A stretch of DNA of 64,000 bases. It comes from Utricularia gibba (Eukaryota; Plantae; Magnoliophyta). The notes under the pieces were generated by a model. The model did no database searches and was not told where the DNA came from. It saw only the letters and a program-made list of their open reading frames with translations. This document shows, piece by piece, positions 1-16,758 of the stretch. Positions within the stretch are counted from its first letter, which is position 1. Every line of letters begins with the position of its first letter. The position numbers and the translations under genes were made by a program. The DNA lies in contig CM007989.1 in assembly GCA_002189035.1 (NCBI GenBank), forward strand, positions 3,348,001-3,412,000, given 5' to 3'.

Positions 1-170
1 AGTGCAATAATAACCAGGAATTCATTTTTCTCTCTCAAAACATAAAAAAAAAAGTGAAAAAAATCTCATTACCGAGTACTCCATTAGAAAGAAAAATTAT
101 TACACGGTGCCAGTAAGTGCAAATAAGGCACAGTTACACGAACTCGGGAGAAAAAAATTCACAAATGCGA

Positions 171-4651
<4,481 letters not shown>

Positions 4652-5839
4652 TAATCCCACCGAAGGATCACACGACGCTCCCCTACGTTAAAAGGCCGAT
4701 CAAGCAGCTCCCAATGTCCACAACGGCGAGTTCCCGCATCAAACAGAGAGCAATATAAACAGCATCACGAATCTATACTCTGAAAAAATCGAACAAAATT
4801 TCGTTCCTCTGAACACTACGCGTTCCGTCTCCCTTTACAGTTCGGTAGCGGAACTGATGACGCAGCGCCAAGACGTGAGCTTCACTACTCTACATCCGTT
4901 CGGAGCTATCGGGCAGGAGGGAGAAAGTATTTTCCGCCAGCTCTTCAACGTACTAAACTGACCGCGGGCAGATGACTGATCCAAAAGCCGCCTACCGCCG
5001 TGTCCCCCCAACCAGTGGATTTCCATTGCCATCAATCAGAAGCAAATGACGCCTTTACCCCGGACCAGTGGAATAAATCTCCGGGGCGAAACGGCATCGT
5101 ATTCCGAGGCATCCCGTGTCGTCCATCCTTTTTTGCAAAACTATTTTTAATTCTTTTAAACATTTAAATTTGGAGAATAAATTATCATGATAAACAATTT
5201 TTCGGGACTTAATATAAATTGAATTATAATTCAAAAATTATTTAGGAGAAAATCGCAATTTTATAATTCATTATCTTTTTTTAATTTTTTTGAGTTAATA
5301 TTTTTTTATAAAATTTAGGTAAATGCAGCCATTGGATAGTTTTAAACTTTGGAAACTCAGACATGGGTTTTATCGAAAAAAAAGGGATCGGAATATTATT
5401 TTAATATTCTCATGGAATATTCCTTTTTTTTTCTCTTTACTCCATTGATTTCAACGGCTCGGGCCTTGACTTCCGACCAATCTGAAGCCCCTCATTGTTT
5501 CAACGTCCACCGCACCGAAACGGAACTTGTAACACACGCGCTTCGGCGCGTGCGGTGCACTGGTTCACGAAGTGCATATTCGAATCTTACGTCTTGTTTC
5601 CACCTCACAGGAGAACAAGTCTCCACCTTTTTTTCATTGTTGTGTGTTTACGAGGGCTTCTTGCATCTTGAAGTGGTGATCTGGAATGGAAGCCCGAGGT
5701 ACCTTTTTAGGCACTCCCTCCTGGAAATCAGCTTCTTTTGTAGAGGAGTATTGAGGGAAACTTTTTTTCCGGTGGTCGATAAATCTTGGGCCAAATGTCT
5801 GGTTTGCTGGTTGTTTGATTCAAAGTTTTTCTGAGTCAC

Positions 5840-8369
5840 ATGGCTGATCAACAAGGTTTGGTTTTGGTTTACGAATGGATGCGATTTCGCTTTGAGTGGG
5901 AGAGATTGGGCTGTTTTGATGAGTCTATTGTTTTCTGCTTTACTGGACTGGAAGCATCTGTTTTTTGGATTCTTAATTCAGTTGGGTTGTGGAAGAAAAA
6001 GGTTTATTTTTTTAGGGGCTTAGGATTGTGCTCCGCTGGGGAATTGCTCCGTTGACTGAGAAAAAAAAGTCTTTCGTTCTTTCAGTTTGTTTTGAATTGC
6101 TATGAAAGTTAGCACGGGGCTATTGGGGTGCATGATGACATTGAATCATTCATTTTGCTGAAAAATGCCACCCTTATCACCTCCCCCGCCCCCTCACACA
6201 CAGACAGTCTTCTAAGTGATGGGTGTCTCGTAAGGCTTTTCGTGTGGTTGAACTATACGGACATCAAGAAAATCTGTTGTTTGAAAGTGTGTGCGGGATA
6301 GGGATACTGTTTTGTATTTCATTTTGAATCCTTAACTATGAAAATCAATGTGATTTATGTATTGAAATGCAGAAAAAAAGTTCCTAGGTTCCCTCTTCAA
6401 GTTATCCTTTCCAGCTGCTTTGGCGTCCCTCTTCAAAGAATCTGATACCACTGAATTTCATGAATGTGTGGATAAGAAGCGTCACGTTGCAATATTTACC
6501 ACAGCTAGCCTTCCCTGGCTTACTGGAACCGCTGTCAACCCTCTATTTCGTGCAGCCTATCTTGCAAAAGTTGATGACAGGAAAGTTACCTTGGTGTTAC
6601 CTTGGTTGAAAAGGCAAGATCAGGAACATGTGTTCCCAAACAACATCACATTTAAGTCACCTCAAGAGCAAGAAGATTATATTCGCCATTGGCTTGAAGA
6701 AAGAACTGGATTTATTTCAGATTTTGCAATACGTTTTTATCCTGCAAGGGTAAGTGAATATAAGCTTGTGTATTGTTTTTCAGCTCTTGGCCTACATGGG
6801 ATTGTTTAAACTGCTACTACTTGTTGGGCTTATTCTACTATAAGGTAGAGATAGAGCTTATCCGTCATGTTATAGAAGAGTTAGAGAGTTGATGCTATGC
6901 ATCTCATTGGAATTCTGACGTGATTGATTTTTTTCATTTCATGCTTTCGGGGAATCCACCATTAGCTTCTCGTTAGTTTCCGAGAATTTTTACCGGTTCA
7001 AGTCTTGAGTCTCATTGAACGATTGCTTCGTTAAATGATTGTATCCTTCTGCAGTTCTCTGTACATAAAAGGAGCATTATTGCTATAGCAGATATCACTG
7101 AAGTCATCCCTGATGAAGATGCTGATATTGCCGTCCTTGAGGAACCGGAGCACCTCACATGGTATCATCATGGTAAGAGGTGGAAAGTGAAATTCCAACT
7201 TGTCATTGGAATTGTTCACACGAACTATTTGGAGTATGTGAGAAGGGAGAAGAACGGCCAAGTTGCAGCTTTTCTTTTGAAATACTTCAACAGATGGGTT
7301 GTGGACTTATACTGTCACAGGGTATGCTACCTGACTTCTTTTGTAACAATGAAATAAAGGTTTGTAATGCCTGAGGATGGAGGAGGCAGAGCCAGCCATC
7401 TGTCGTATAACCATTTTGTTTTGTTCATGTTCCAAAATGTTAGGTGATAAGGTTGTCAGCTGCAACTCAAGATCTTCCAAGGTCTGTCATATGCAATGTC
7501 CATGGTGTAAACCCCAAATTTCTGGACATTGGCTTGAAAAAGAGAGAGCAACAACGGAATGGTGACCAGGCTTTTAAGGGAGTGTACTATATTGGAAAAA
7601 TGCTTTGGAACAAGGGCTACAGGGAATTAATTGAACTACTTTATGACCATCAGAAGGACTTAACTGGACTAGAGATTGACTTATATGGTAGTGGGGAAGA
7701 CTCACAAGAGATTGGAGAAGCAGCTAAGGGTCTCAGTATACCAGTCAACGTTCACCCTGGACGTGATCACACTGATCTCTTGTTTCACGAGTAAGTTGCA
7801 ATCCAAGGGTATCGTCAAGTTTTTTTTTTTTTTTTTTTCTCATGCTCTCGTTGTAACTCTTTTGTTTATCTCCCTTCAGCTACAAGGTGTTCATAAATCC
7901 GAGTACAACCGATGTAGTCTGCACAACCACAGCCGAAGCATTGGCAATGGGGAAAATCGTGGTTTGTGCCAATCATCCATCAAACGAGTTCTTCAAGCAG
8001 TTCCCAAATTGTCGAGCATACAACGATGGTGAAGAGTTTGTGGAGCAAACACTCAAGGCATTGCAAGAGCAGCCTGCTCCCCTGACAGACGATCAGAGGC
8101 ATGAGCTTTCCTGGGAGGCTGCCACGGAAAGATTCCTGAAAGCTGCACAACTCAACAGCGTAGCAAAGAGCCTTACAAAGGCATCCTCAAAACTTATCAT
8201 GCCTGGCTCATTGAGCCTTGGCAGGAATCTGGAAGATGCTTCGGCTATATTTCATTATATGGGAACTGGCATAGTGGCGCATAAACCAGATGAAGAACAG
8301 TACAGAGAGGTTGGATTATCCGTTCCAGTGAAGAAAAGATCATACCCTTCTAAGAAATGGGCTTTCTGA
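5840..8369 (+). CDS. DGD2: Digalactosyldiacylglycerol synthase 2; 5' end uncertain (canonical Met position is GTG at 6468)
   Basis: Exons ~6373-6749, ~7053-7321, 7444-~7790, ~7880-8369 encode [85 protein letters not shown] and ELSWEAAT. No DGD1-type long N-terminal extension. The start shown is a candidate upstream micro-exon ATG. Confidence 0.93.
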
Positions 8370-8760
8370 GATCAAATACTTCAATGCATCTGCCATAGAA
8401 GCTTATGAATTCTTGCTGCTGCGTGTCCTTAGTCTGTTTATATCTTCCATTGCTTGTTTTTTTAGCAGTATCTTATGTTAATTAATGTATTCTGTTTCTG
8501 CAACTAAATTATCTTATGTTAATTAATAGTTTGGAGTAGTTGAGATTTGGGCATTTTGTTGTGCATACATATTACAGAACTCCTGTCTGGGTTGTATTAC
8601 TGCCGTGCATTACTTTTGAAAACCTATTTTCATTATGTAACAGTAAATTCAACTCCAAAAATGTAGTCTTTAAAGATAAAATCCCCAAAATGTCAATTCA
8701 TCGAAGAATGAATCTTGATCTATCACAATGTTATGCTACAGACAGTATGCTACATCTACG

Positions 8761-11454
8761 CTACCAATAATCTCCACAAGAGCAAGATCCATCTTTGAAG
8801 TGATGAAACCTGTTGATGTCTCTTATAATAATATCTCTGCCGACAATCTTGCATATGTATTTAAAAGCAGTGTGACAATCTAAACAGATCCTCAGATTCT
8901 TCTTCACCATGATTGGAGCTCCAGATGGAGTAACAATAAGTGCAAAAGCTACTGCAAGTTTTTCACTATGATGTGACAGAAGAAACTCCTTTTCTTTCTT
9001 GTTAACATTGTGGAGATCGCCTTCTAATACAGGAACATAACCAGCTTTTGCCATTAGATCACCCAATTCCTCTAGTTTTTGGTAAATTTTTTCACTCATA
9101 GAGTGGCTTCTGTCTCCAACTGTGAATGTATGTATTTTATCCTTCACCTCTACCCAGCTTACTGCTGGTTCCTTCTTCACACCCTCATCTTTCATGGCCC
9201 TTCTCATCAATGCAACATCTTGCCACAACTCTGCTGATGCATAAAGATTAACGAGAAGAACGCGCGTACCAGATTTCTCGGGATCCAGAGCACGGAGTCT
9301 CTCTGCAGCAATTCGGCCTAGTTCCACGTCTTTGTGGACTTTTGAAGCTCCAAGAAGTGCACCCCAAATGGATGTGTTAGCTTCGTAAGGCATTTCATTT
9401 GTGAGCTTTAAGGCTTTACTAAGTTTCCCAGCTCTGGCAAGGGCATCAATCAAGCAAGCGTAGTGTTCTAGAGTGGGTTTGATACCAAATCTCTCCTCCA
9501 TCATTTCAAAGTATGACTCCGCTTCCTTCACTAAACCGGTGTGGTTGCAAGCACTAAGGACACTAACTAGTGTTACGTGATTTGGGGCAACGCGGGCTTT
9601 CAACATGTCATCAAACAACCGGAGGGCCTCCTTAGCGTGACCATGTTGAGCAAGTCCACCGATCATGGCTGACCATGATACAACAGTTTTCAAAGGGACC
9701 TCAGAGAAGGCATTCCAAGAGTCCTCTAGGCTTCCACATTTGGCATACATGTTCACTAGAGAATTCCCAGAAAAAGGATCCGATGTAAATCCCATTTTCA
9801 AGAGTTGAGCATGGATTTGCTTTCCTTGCTCATAAGCTGATAAATTTGCACAGGCATTAAGCAGCGAACTACAAACAAAAGAATCTGGCCTTAGGCCCTG
9901 ATTCAAAAGCCTCAGATAGAATTTCAATGCTCCTTCAGCTTCTCCATTTTGGGAATACGCAGTCATCATTGATGTGTAAGATGGTACATCAGCAACCTTA
10001 CAGTCATCGAATACTTGAGCTGCTTCACTGACCAATCTGCATTTTCCATACGAATCAATGAGACTGTTCATGATAAATGGATCAAGTATGTAACCGAACT
10101 TCATAATAAGAGCATGCATTTGCTTTCCAAAAACAATCGCCTCTAGGCCAGCAATGGCATTGAGAACTGCTAGTAAAGTCGCCTGATCAAATGCTTTATT
10201 CTTTTGGTGCATCTCAATGAATAGAGCTATTGCCTTTTCATTCTCCCCATTGTTTGAGTGACCACAAATAAGTGCATTCAATGATACTAAATCTTTTTCC
10301 GGAAGTCTATCAAGAATATTTTCTGCATCATTCATTACATTACACTTGCAGTACATGTCAATGAGCCCAGCACTCACGTATGGATCCTTGATGGCATCCA
10401 TTTTAATCAAGGTTGCATGAAACTGCTTACCCAGTTCTAGTGAAACCAAAGATGCACAAGATTTAAGGGCACTAGATAAAGTGAACACATTTGGATAGAT
10501 CCCAGATCTCTTCATCTGGATTAACAACTCCAAGGCACTAAGATGGTCTTCATGATGCACGCATCCGGCAATGACTGCATTCCAAGAAACAATATCACGT
10601 TGGGCAATATTATCAAATACAGAAATTGAATCTCTAAGATTTCCTGCTTTTGCATACATGTCGACTAGTGCATTTGAAGAAAATGGATCACTCTCAAGTC
10701 CATACTTCACGAGATAGCAATGAAACTTCTTTCCTTGTAGAATGTCTCCCATGCCGGTCACTGCATTCAACACTGTAGACAAACTAAATTCATCAAGCCT
10801 AATGCCGCTGGCAACCATATCCCCAAAAAAATCCATTGCTTCTGCAAAACAACCACTCTGTGTATAGCACGACAATAAAGCATTCCAACAAACCACATTC
10901 TTTTCTTTAATGTCCTCAAACAACCTCCTTGAGCCTCCAATATCGCCACACTTGGCATACATAATCATTAAAGCATTTGCAGCATACACATCCGAATAAA
11001 AACCACTAACCATAACGAACCCATGCACCTGCTGCCCGGCTCTATAGTCCTTCAAACTCGCACAAGCCTTGAGCACACTAGGAAAACAACGGTGGTTACC
11101 CTTCATACCCAATCCATGAATTTGGCGGAAGGCCAAAAGGGCATCCTCTCCCTGACCATTTTGCACATACCCAGATATCAAAGCCGACCATGAAATCAAG
11201 TCTGGTTCGGGAGTTTTTTCTACAAGCTTGTGCGCATGGCAGAACAGTCTACACTTGGCATATAAATTTAGCAAATGGTTACGATAAGGCCGTTCATGAA
11301 CTAGCTGGAGCTTGATCAATTGTGCATGTACCTGGAGCCCAACAACGATGGAATTGGTATGAGATAAGTGAGACAAGAGGTTCAAGTAGGAAACATGAGT
11401 TGGATCAAATCTTGGGAAACTGCACAGTCTCGCCTTCATACCCAATCCATACAT
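8761..11454 (-). CDS. PLS-class pentatricopeptide repeat protein with E/E+/DYW domain (candidate organellar C-to-U editing factor), 897 aa, intronless CDS
   Basis: Repeated PPR motifs (VSWSAMIGGLAQHG, WNALLSCY, YTSMMTAY). Deaminase signature HSEKLA...NLRICLDCH and terminal SCGDYW. Confidence 0.97.
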   Translation of the reverse strand: MYGLGMKARLCSFPRFDPTHVSYLNLLSHLSHTNSIVVGLQVHAQLIKLQLVHERPYRNHLLNLYAKCRLFCHAHKLVEKTPEPDLISWSALISGYVQNGQGEDALLAFRQIHGLGMKGNHRCFPSVLKACASLKDYRAGQQVHGFVMVSGFYSDVYAANALMIMYAKCGDIGGSRRLFEDIKEKNVVCWNALLSCYTQSGCFAEAMDFFGDMVASGIRLDEFSLSTVLNAVTGMGDILQGKKFHCYLVKYGLESDPFSSNALVDMYAKAGNLRDSISVFDNIAQRDIVSWNAVIAGCVHHEDHLSALELLIQMKRSGIYPNVFTLSSALKSCASLVSLELGKQFHATLIKMDAIKDPYVSAGLIDMYCKCNVMNDAENILDRLPEKDLVSLNALICGHSNNGENEKAIALFIEMHQKNKAFDQATLLAVLNAIAGLEAIVFGKQMHALIMKFGYILDPFIMNSLIDSYGKCRLVSEAAQVFDDCKVADVPSYTSMMTAYSQNGEAEGALKFYLRLLNQGLRPDSFVCSSLLNACANLSAYEQGKQIHAQLLKMGFTSDPFSGNSLVNMYAKCGSLEDSWNAFSEVPLKTVVSWSAMIGGLAQHGHAKEALRLFDDMLKARVAPNHVTLVSVLSACNHTGLVKEAESYFEMMEERFGIKPTLEHYACLIDALARAGKLSKALKLTNEMPYEANTSIWGALLGASKVHKDVELGRIAAERLRALDPEKSGTRVLLVNLYASAELWQDVALMRRAMKDEGVKKEPAVSWVEVKDKIHTFTVGDRSHSMSEKIYQKLEELGDLMAKAGYVPVLEGDLHNVNKKEKEFLLSHHSEKLAVAFALIVTPSGAPIMVKKNLRICLDCHTAFKYICKIVGRDIIIRDINRFHHFKDGSCSCGDYW

Positions 11455-12229
11455 CAGATGGACCCTGCAAAAAATGCAGGTGCCAGTAAAAAAACAGAAC
11501 CTTTAAAAGAGCTGTCCATTGTACACCAGGATCATTCCATTGTATGGCAGGGCAGTCACGAAACCAGTGACAACACTGCAATTTCGTCAGTAATCTCAAC
11601 CAATGAACATACCTTTTGGTTGCTCCAAACAATGTTTAAAAGTATAGAGCATGGTGCGGGAATCACCCAATCTTTTTATCCAGTGTATTCACATCTGCGA
11701 CTGTTCACCAAGAGGCAACATATTCCTTCGAACAGTAAGACGCAAAACATGTTCCATAAATATACAACTGAATCCCACATACATCAGCCATGTGGAAAAG
11801 CCATTACATGACGGAAGATGGAACCGAGAAATCGGGTACAGGAATCATGATAGAAGAGAATGCGAGACAAAGAAAACCTAACGATCACACATTCCTGATT
11901 AATCAATATCAATCCTCAGCAAGTAAGAAAAACACGTAGAACCATGAACTGACAGCCATGGCTCCACCCTCGTCCAAAAGCCAACTCCGGCGGATTTCAC
12001 GGGAAGTGGCGCAAACTGTAGCAGCAAAACCGGTTTTCAGGTCGGATAGAGCCCACAGTTCCGGGCCTTGCCCGAAAACCCATCTAACAACGATGCTAAA
12101 TACTGGGCTTTAATGTTGGGCCTGGCCTGATAAATAATTTCGAAGCTCGATACAGTAATATGAATACCCAACCCATCCATGTTTCTTTCAATTGCAGTTC
12201 CAACCCATATGAAATATTTGTAATGCGTT

Positions 12230-12600
12230 TCAGGTTTGTCCGAAATATTTGGAACCGTTAAACTACAGTTCCCCATATGAAATCAATGGAATCGATGATT
12301 TTAAAAAACAAAATATTTTTCTAGGCATTCTCAATGACACACGTAAGTGTTTGGGAAATATTCTTTATTTTTAATATTGTTTTTAAATACCTTTAATAAT
12401 TATTATGAGAGCTTAGAAAATTCATTAAACAAATGAAGCGTTTTGCAGGCACAATGCTTGGGAATACTGAAATAACCGTTCGGTTCTGATTTTAGTTTAT
12501 TTCAATGTTTTTTATTTCGGTTCCGATTCCGATTCTATCCATTTCAAGGTTTAAAAATGTGGTTTCAAATCAAAATTGGGATTGAAATTGACAGAAACCA
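12230..12600. mobile_element. Possible MITE-like remnant between PPR promoter and F-box 3' end
   Basis: AT-rich core flanked by aaccg/cggtt/ttccga motifs (ggaaccgtt; aaccgttcggttctga; ttcggttccgattccgatt), resembling the 30.9-31.5 kb element. Ends not definable. Confidence 0.25.
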
Positions 12601-12970
12601 TGATTTATGAACAGATGATTCGAAAAAAAAAAACCATTGGGAATGAAAAGTTTCAGTTTGGAACTGGTCACAACTCTGCTTTCAATTAAATGGCACGCTC
12701 TTGTCCCAGCGTCACAGAGACACAGAAGCACACAAGAGTTGAAGCATGAAACTCTGAGGTAAGAGCACAGCCATAGAAGACTTGGGTATCGAAAATGGCA
12801 ATAATCACATATACATATCATCACCATCTTCTTTCTTGATTCTTCTAACATTACATACTCCCGAAGAAAACTAAAAGGGAGTGTAGAAGTCCATGTACAG
12901 ACGAATCCCAGGCCTGGGGGGCACCCTTCTTCAACCAATGCATGTTTCATGATCTTGAAACTGAGGTTTC

Positions 12971-14172
12971 TCATCTACATTCTACAACAGAAAATGCATG
13001 TTTTACGTAGGTACTTGGGCATATGAAAACGGAATCCACACAGAGTCCGCCTTTTGAATGTGTAACATCGATCTGCGCCAATGAAAACTTGATCCTCGTT
13101 TGTTCATTTGGATCCTCAACTGTGAAGTTCCCAGCGTGGTAGTTCGCCCAGGATCCAATATTTTCAAGCATCACTCTGGAAACTGCTGCAATTTTCCCAT
13201 CTTTATTGGTTTTCAGTGAGAACTCCACAGGCTTGGCATCCCAGCCGTGCACATTCTCCAAATTCCACGCTCGGCGGCCCATTTTCATGCAAGGTTTCCC
13301 GAGGCCGAGGCGGAAGAAGATGCTATAAGTCCCTGCGGGGAACTGGAATTCAAGTTCCCCATCTACTTCCACCCACCAGATTTGATGAAGATACGCCACT
13401 GTCTGAAATCTGGACGAGGAAAAGGATGTATTCAAATGAAGAAGATGATCTGCAGCATCCGGGAATTTCGAAAAAACATATGTTTCACAGGATTCATGCT
13501 ATCCAAAAAGGGATCTTTCACAGTAATCCTAAAAACCAAGAACCAATGCTTTGTCCAGTAGATCATAAATGAGAAATCGAGATGAAAATTCTTCAGCAAC
13601 GAAACTGTAGAATTTCAGGGGCAAAGTGAAGAACCCACCTCGATTCTGAGGTTGGAATGCGATTCCAATACCTCCGATCATTGATTCCGGTGATTGACAA
13701 CGCCATAGACGAGATGGCGAAACACAGACCTCCTGTCCTCTTATCAATCCAAACCTCCTGAACCACAAAACACCCTAATTTCACTTTTAAGAACCTTCAC
13801 ATTGAAATCAAAAGCATTCACCGGCAATTTAACCTAAAAAAGCAGCAAAACCGGTGCACACACCTTCGTTCCCCCGTCAAAAATGGTGGGACGGCAAAGC
13901 GCGGCATAAACATCCTTCTTCGTCGTGCACCCAGCTCCTCCATCAGGAAAATTGGCCAGAATATGGTCGTAATTGGGCGGCAGCTTTGGAACCCAGATAA
14001 AATCCGCCGACGCCGCCGCGCTGAAAGCCCTGTTCACACGAGCTAATTTCGCGATCTCCGGCGGCTCCAAAAAGGACAAGACGACCGCTATGCATGATTC
14101 CGGCATATCACCGAAATCCATCCCTCCGGAATTCCCGGAATCCCCCTGCAGTGAAGAACATTTCGCTCCCAT
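12971..14172 (-). CDS. F-box protein with phloem protein 2 (PP2-A12/A13-like) domain, 3 exons
   Basis: ATG 14172 MGAKCSS with myristoylation-type MG start. F-box DMPESCIAVVLSFLEPPEIAKLARVN. Exons 14172-13864, 13757-13639, 13409-12971 join in frame: ITGINDRRYWNRIPTSESRFQTVAYL, VHGWDAKPV, DVTHSKGGLCVDSV. Confidence 0.93.
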
Positions 14173-16758
14173 TTCCAGACGCACAAACGACAACAGAAAC
14201 AAAGGAAACGAATGGCGCCTCGCCTCAAGCAAGAAAATGGATAGATATTTATTTAATTGGCCCCTCATTTTTAAAATAAATAAAGTGGTATTTTGTACAA
14301 TCCAATTAATTGTGTTTAGGCACATGTGAACATGCCTTGTAATGCCTATGATATTTTCCATTGAAAATAGAATATGATATTTTCCCGTCACATTCAGACA
14401 GATACCTTATCTTAATTTTCCTTAACCGCCCTCATCCCCCGGGGGCCCCACGATATGTGTACCACGTCTTACGAACCTCACGCACCACTAATATTATCCA
14501 TTTTTTGTGGTGAATAAATATCTTTATTAGGACACCCCTAATTTCCTACCCCACCCTTTCTGATATTTTATTTAATTATTAGCCCAATTTTTTATATTTT
14601 TATTTATAATAAAAAATTACAAAATTCTTTCTTAATTATCATAATATTCATAAGAGTGGACTTGATTAGTATGTATTATGTTAAATGGAATTTAGTTTAT
14701 TTAGATTTAGATAAATATATTTTTTGATTTAAATGATAATTATTATTTGATTAATGAGTATTGTGATGGAAAATCTACTTGTGAGATGTAACCAATTTTA
14801 GGATAACATAAACGATTTAATTGGATCCGATTTATGTGTTTTAGGATTTTCGAGTCACTATATTGATGTAGGAAATAAAAGAATATAAGAGATTTTTATG
14901 TGTAAATCATCGAAAAATAAAAAAACCACAAAGTTGACGAAACTCGTCAGATAAAATAGATTTCACTAACAAAGGAGAAATAAAGGATACAAGAATGTGG
15001 AAATTTAAAACTTTTCTTATTTAAACTTCTTTATATTTATAGAGATAATTGATACAATCGAATTTTACAAGTGTCGACTATTTTCTACAATTGATAGCCA
15101 TATTGTGGTACAGATTATTATAATTAGACTACTTTTTAAACTGTTAAAATGACCTCCTTGTCCAGCTCTAACTCTTGCAGATTTGTCGGCCTACCATAAA
15201 CCCCCGAATAGGCTTGAGGCCTCCTCATACTGATTTCGCATCCATGTAGTGTATATCGATTTATTTCCCCATCAATAAGTATAATTTATATCTTTTTATT
15301 CCGACTGTAAATCATATATCAAACATGGGTTTACTATCAAATCTACGTAAACCCACATATCAAATGCGTTCTAAATATTTTTTCGTGGGCTAGCGTATGA
15401 ACAAGCCTGACATAATGGGCCTCCATGGCCCAGATCCCTAGAATAATAAAATTAAAAGCAATCCCGTATACGTTTTTTTAATTTAATTAATCCAAATCCC
15501 TTGGCGGTGGGAATCAAACTGAAGTCTCTGAATTGAAGGCACTCGTTATCACGGAGGAATCAATCCCTCCTCACGCTCACGCTCTTACCGGTAGCCGACA
15601 ACAATGCAAGAACACCAAGATGCATCTTGTCAGTCGGAAAGATACCTGATGTTGCTTCTATTTACCGACAGGGAATGGATAACCCAACTGTATAATTTTC
15701 GAACAGCACAGTACTTGGAGCAAAATCCTCATTTATTTCGACATTTTAAATACAAATTTCGCACATTCTGAAATACTTATAAAAAAAGGTAGCGAATTGG
15801 ACCAGCCATAAATTCGCATTATGGCAACATAAAATGCCCTAAACCCTACTAGCAATAATTCAAGTGCTGACCTTATATTATAAATAAAATAAAATAATAT
15901 TATTGGGGTGATGTGTGATATGTTAGTTGACTTTGGAATTATGAGCAGGAGGTGCGGTGCGGTTAATTATTCATGCTAATTGAATTGTTACCCTGCTCTA
16001 GTCGCCTATGGATTTGCTGTTTATGGTAATGAGACGGGAGCCCGTGGAGGAGGACACGGCTAATCTATATTTGGAAACCGTAATTACCGCGGTGAATACA
16101 GGGGAGGGTCAAAATTTCGCTGTTTGAAGGATAAGCGTGTGTTGGTTATTTGTGATGGTAAATCTGAACCGTCGATTGGATCGTGAGGATCCGGACGGTC
16201 TGATGAAAGATTTCCTTCATTAAATTCACTGTGGGAGGCGAATCGTGGAAGCGAGGCGGCGGTGCTTGGATCTCACGCGCCGCCCGCTACCATATGCACG
16301 TGTCTGGTGGGCCCCTACAGTAGTTACGAAAGTAAACGTAGCCGGAACGGTAGATACGAAGCTAATGCGGGCTTGCTTGTCCTGTCCTTGACGACTCCCC
16401 GTTAGTTCCGGGCTCTCGAGTCCCAGCACCACACTTTTATTTCATTATTGTTCTCCCTCAAAATTATATTCAATATGGTGTGGAAACGACGTCGTTTAAC
16501 TGACATGGATAATGGGTTTTCATTTCTTTTTTTAAAATATTAAATTGGGAGGAAAAAGTTTTTTTTTTTAATGGGAATGATAAATTGGAAAGAAGGAAAA
16601 GTGGTTTTAGGGGGCAGATTATAAGAATGGGTTAATTAATTTTCACTGGGGATTGTGTTGGTTATCCGATGCTATTTATTTGTCTATATATGTTGTGTTT
16701 CCGAGGTGTCCTTTTTTGTAGGGGGGAGTTCGGTTCTGGGGTTGGGAAGAAACTAACG

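Noticed and set aside
4848-4965. Box C/D snoRNA-like layout: gcgg-aac-TGATGA ... CTGA-ccgc
   Set aside because: Box C lacks the leading purine, the body is GC-rich, no convincing C'/D' boxes, and I could not match the guide region to rRNA or snRNA. Compatible with chance in a promoter; an Rfam/snoScan run would settle it.
11368-11811. 147-aa plus-strand ORF and similar listed ORFs (for example 5349-5834, 35804-36325, 48913-49725, 60145-60453)
   Set aside because: Antisense or off-frame shadows of real genes or UTRs with no recognisable domain; expected by chance in GC-rich coding DNA.
15400-15720. Site II motifs followed by a moderately GC-rich stretch, possible hidden gene
   Set aside because: Only two motifs, no ATG-initiated ORF of note, no consistent splice pattern, no RNA-family signature.
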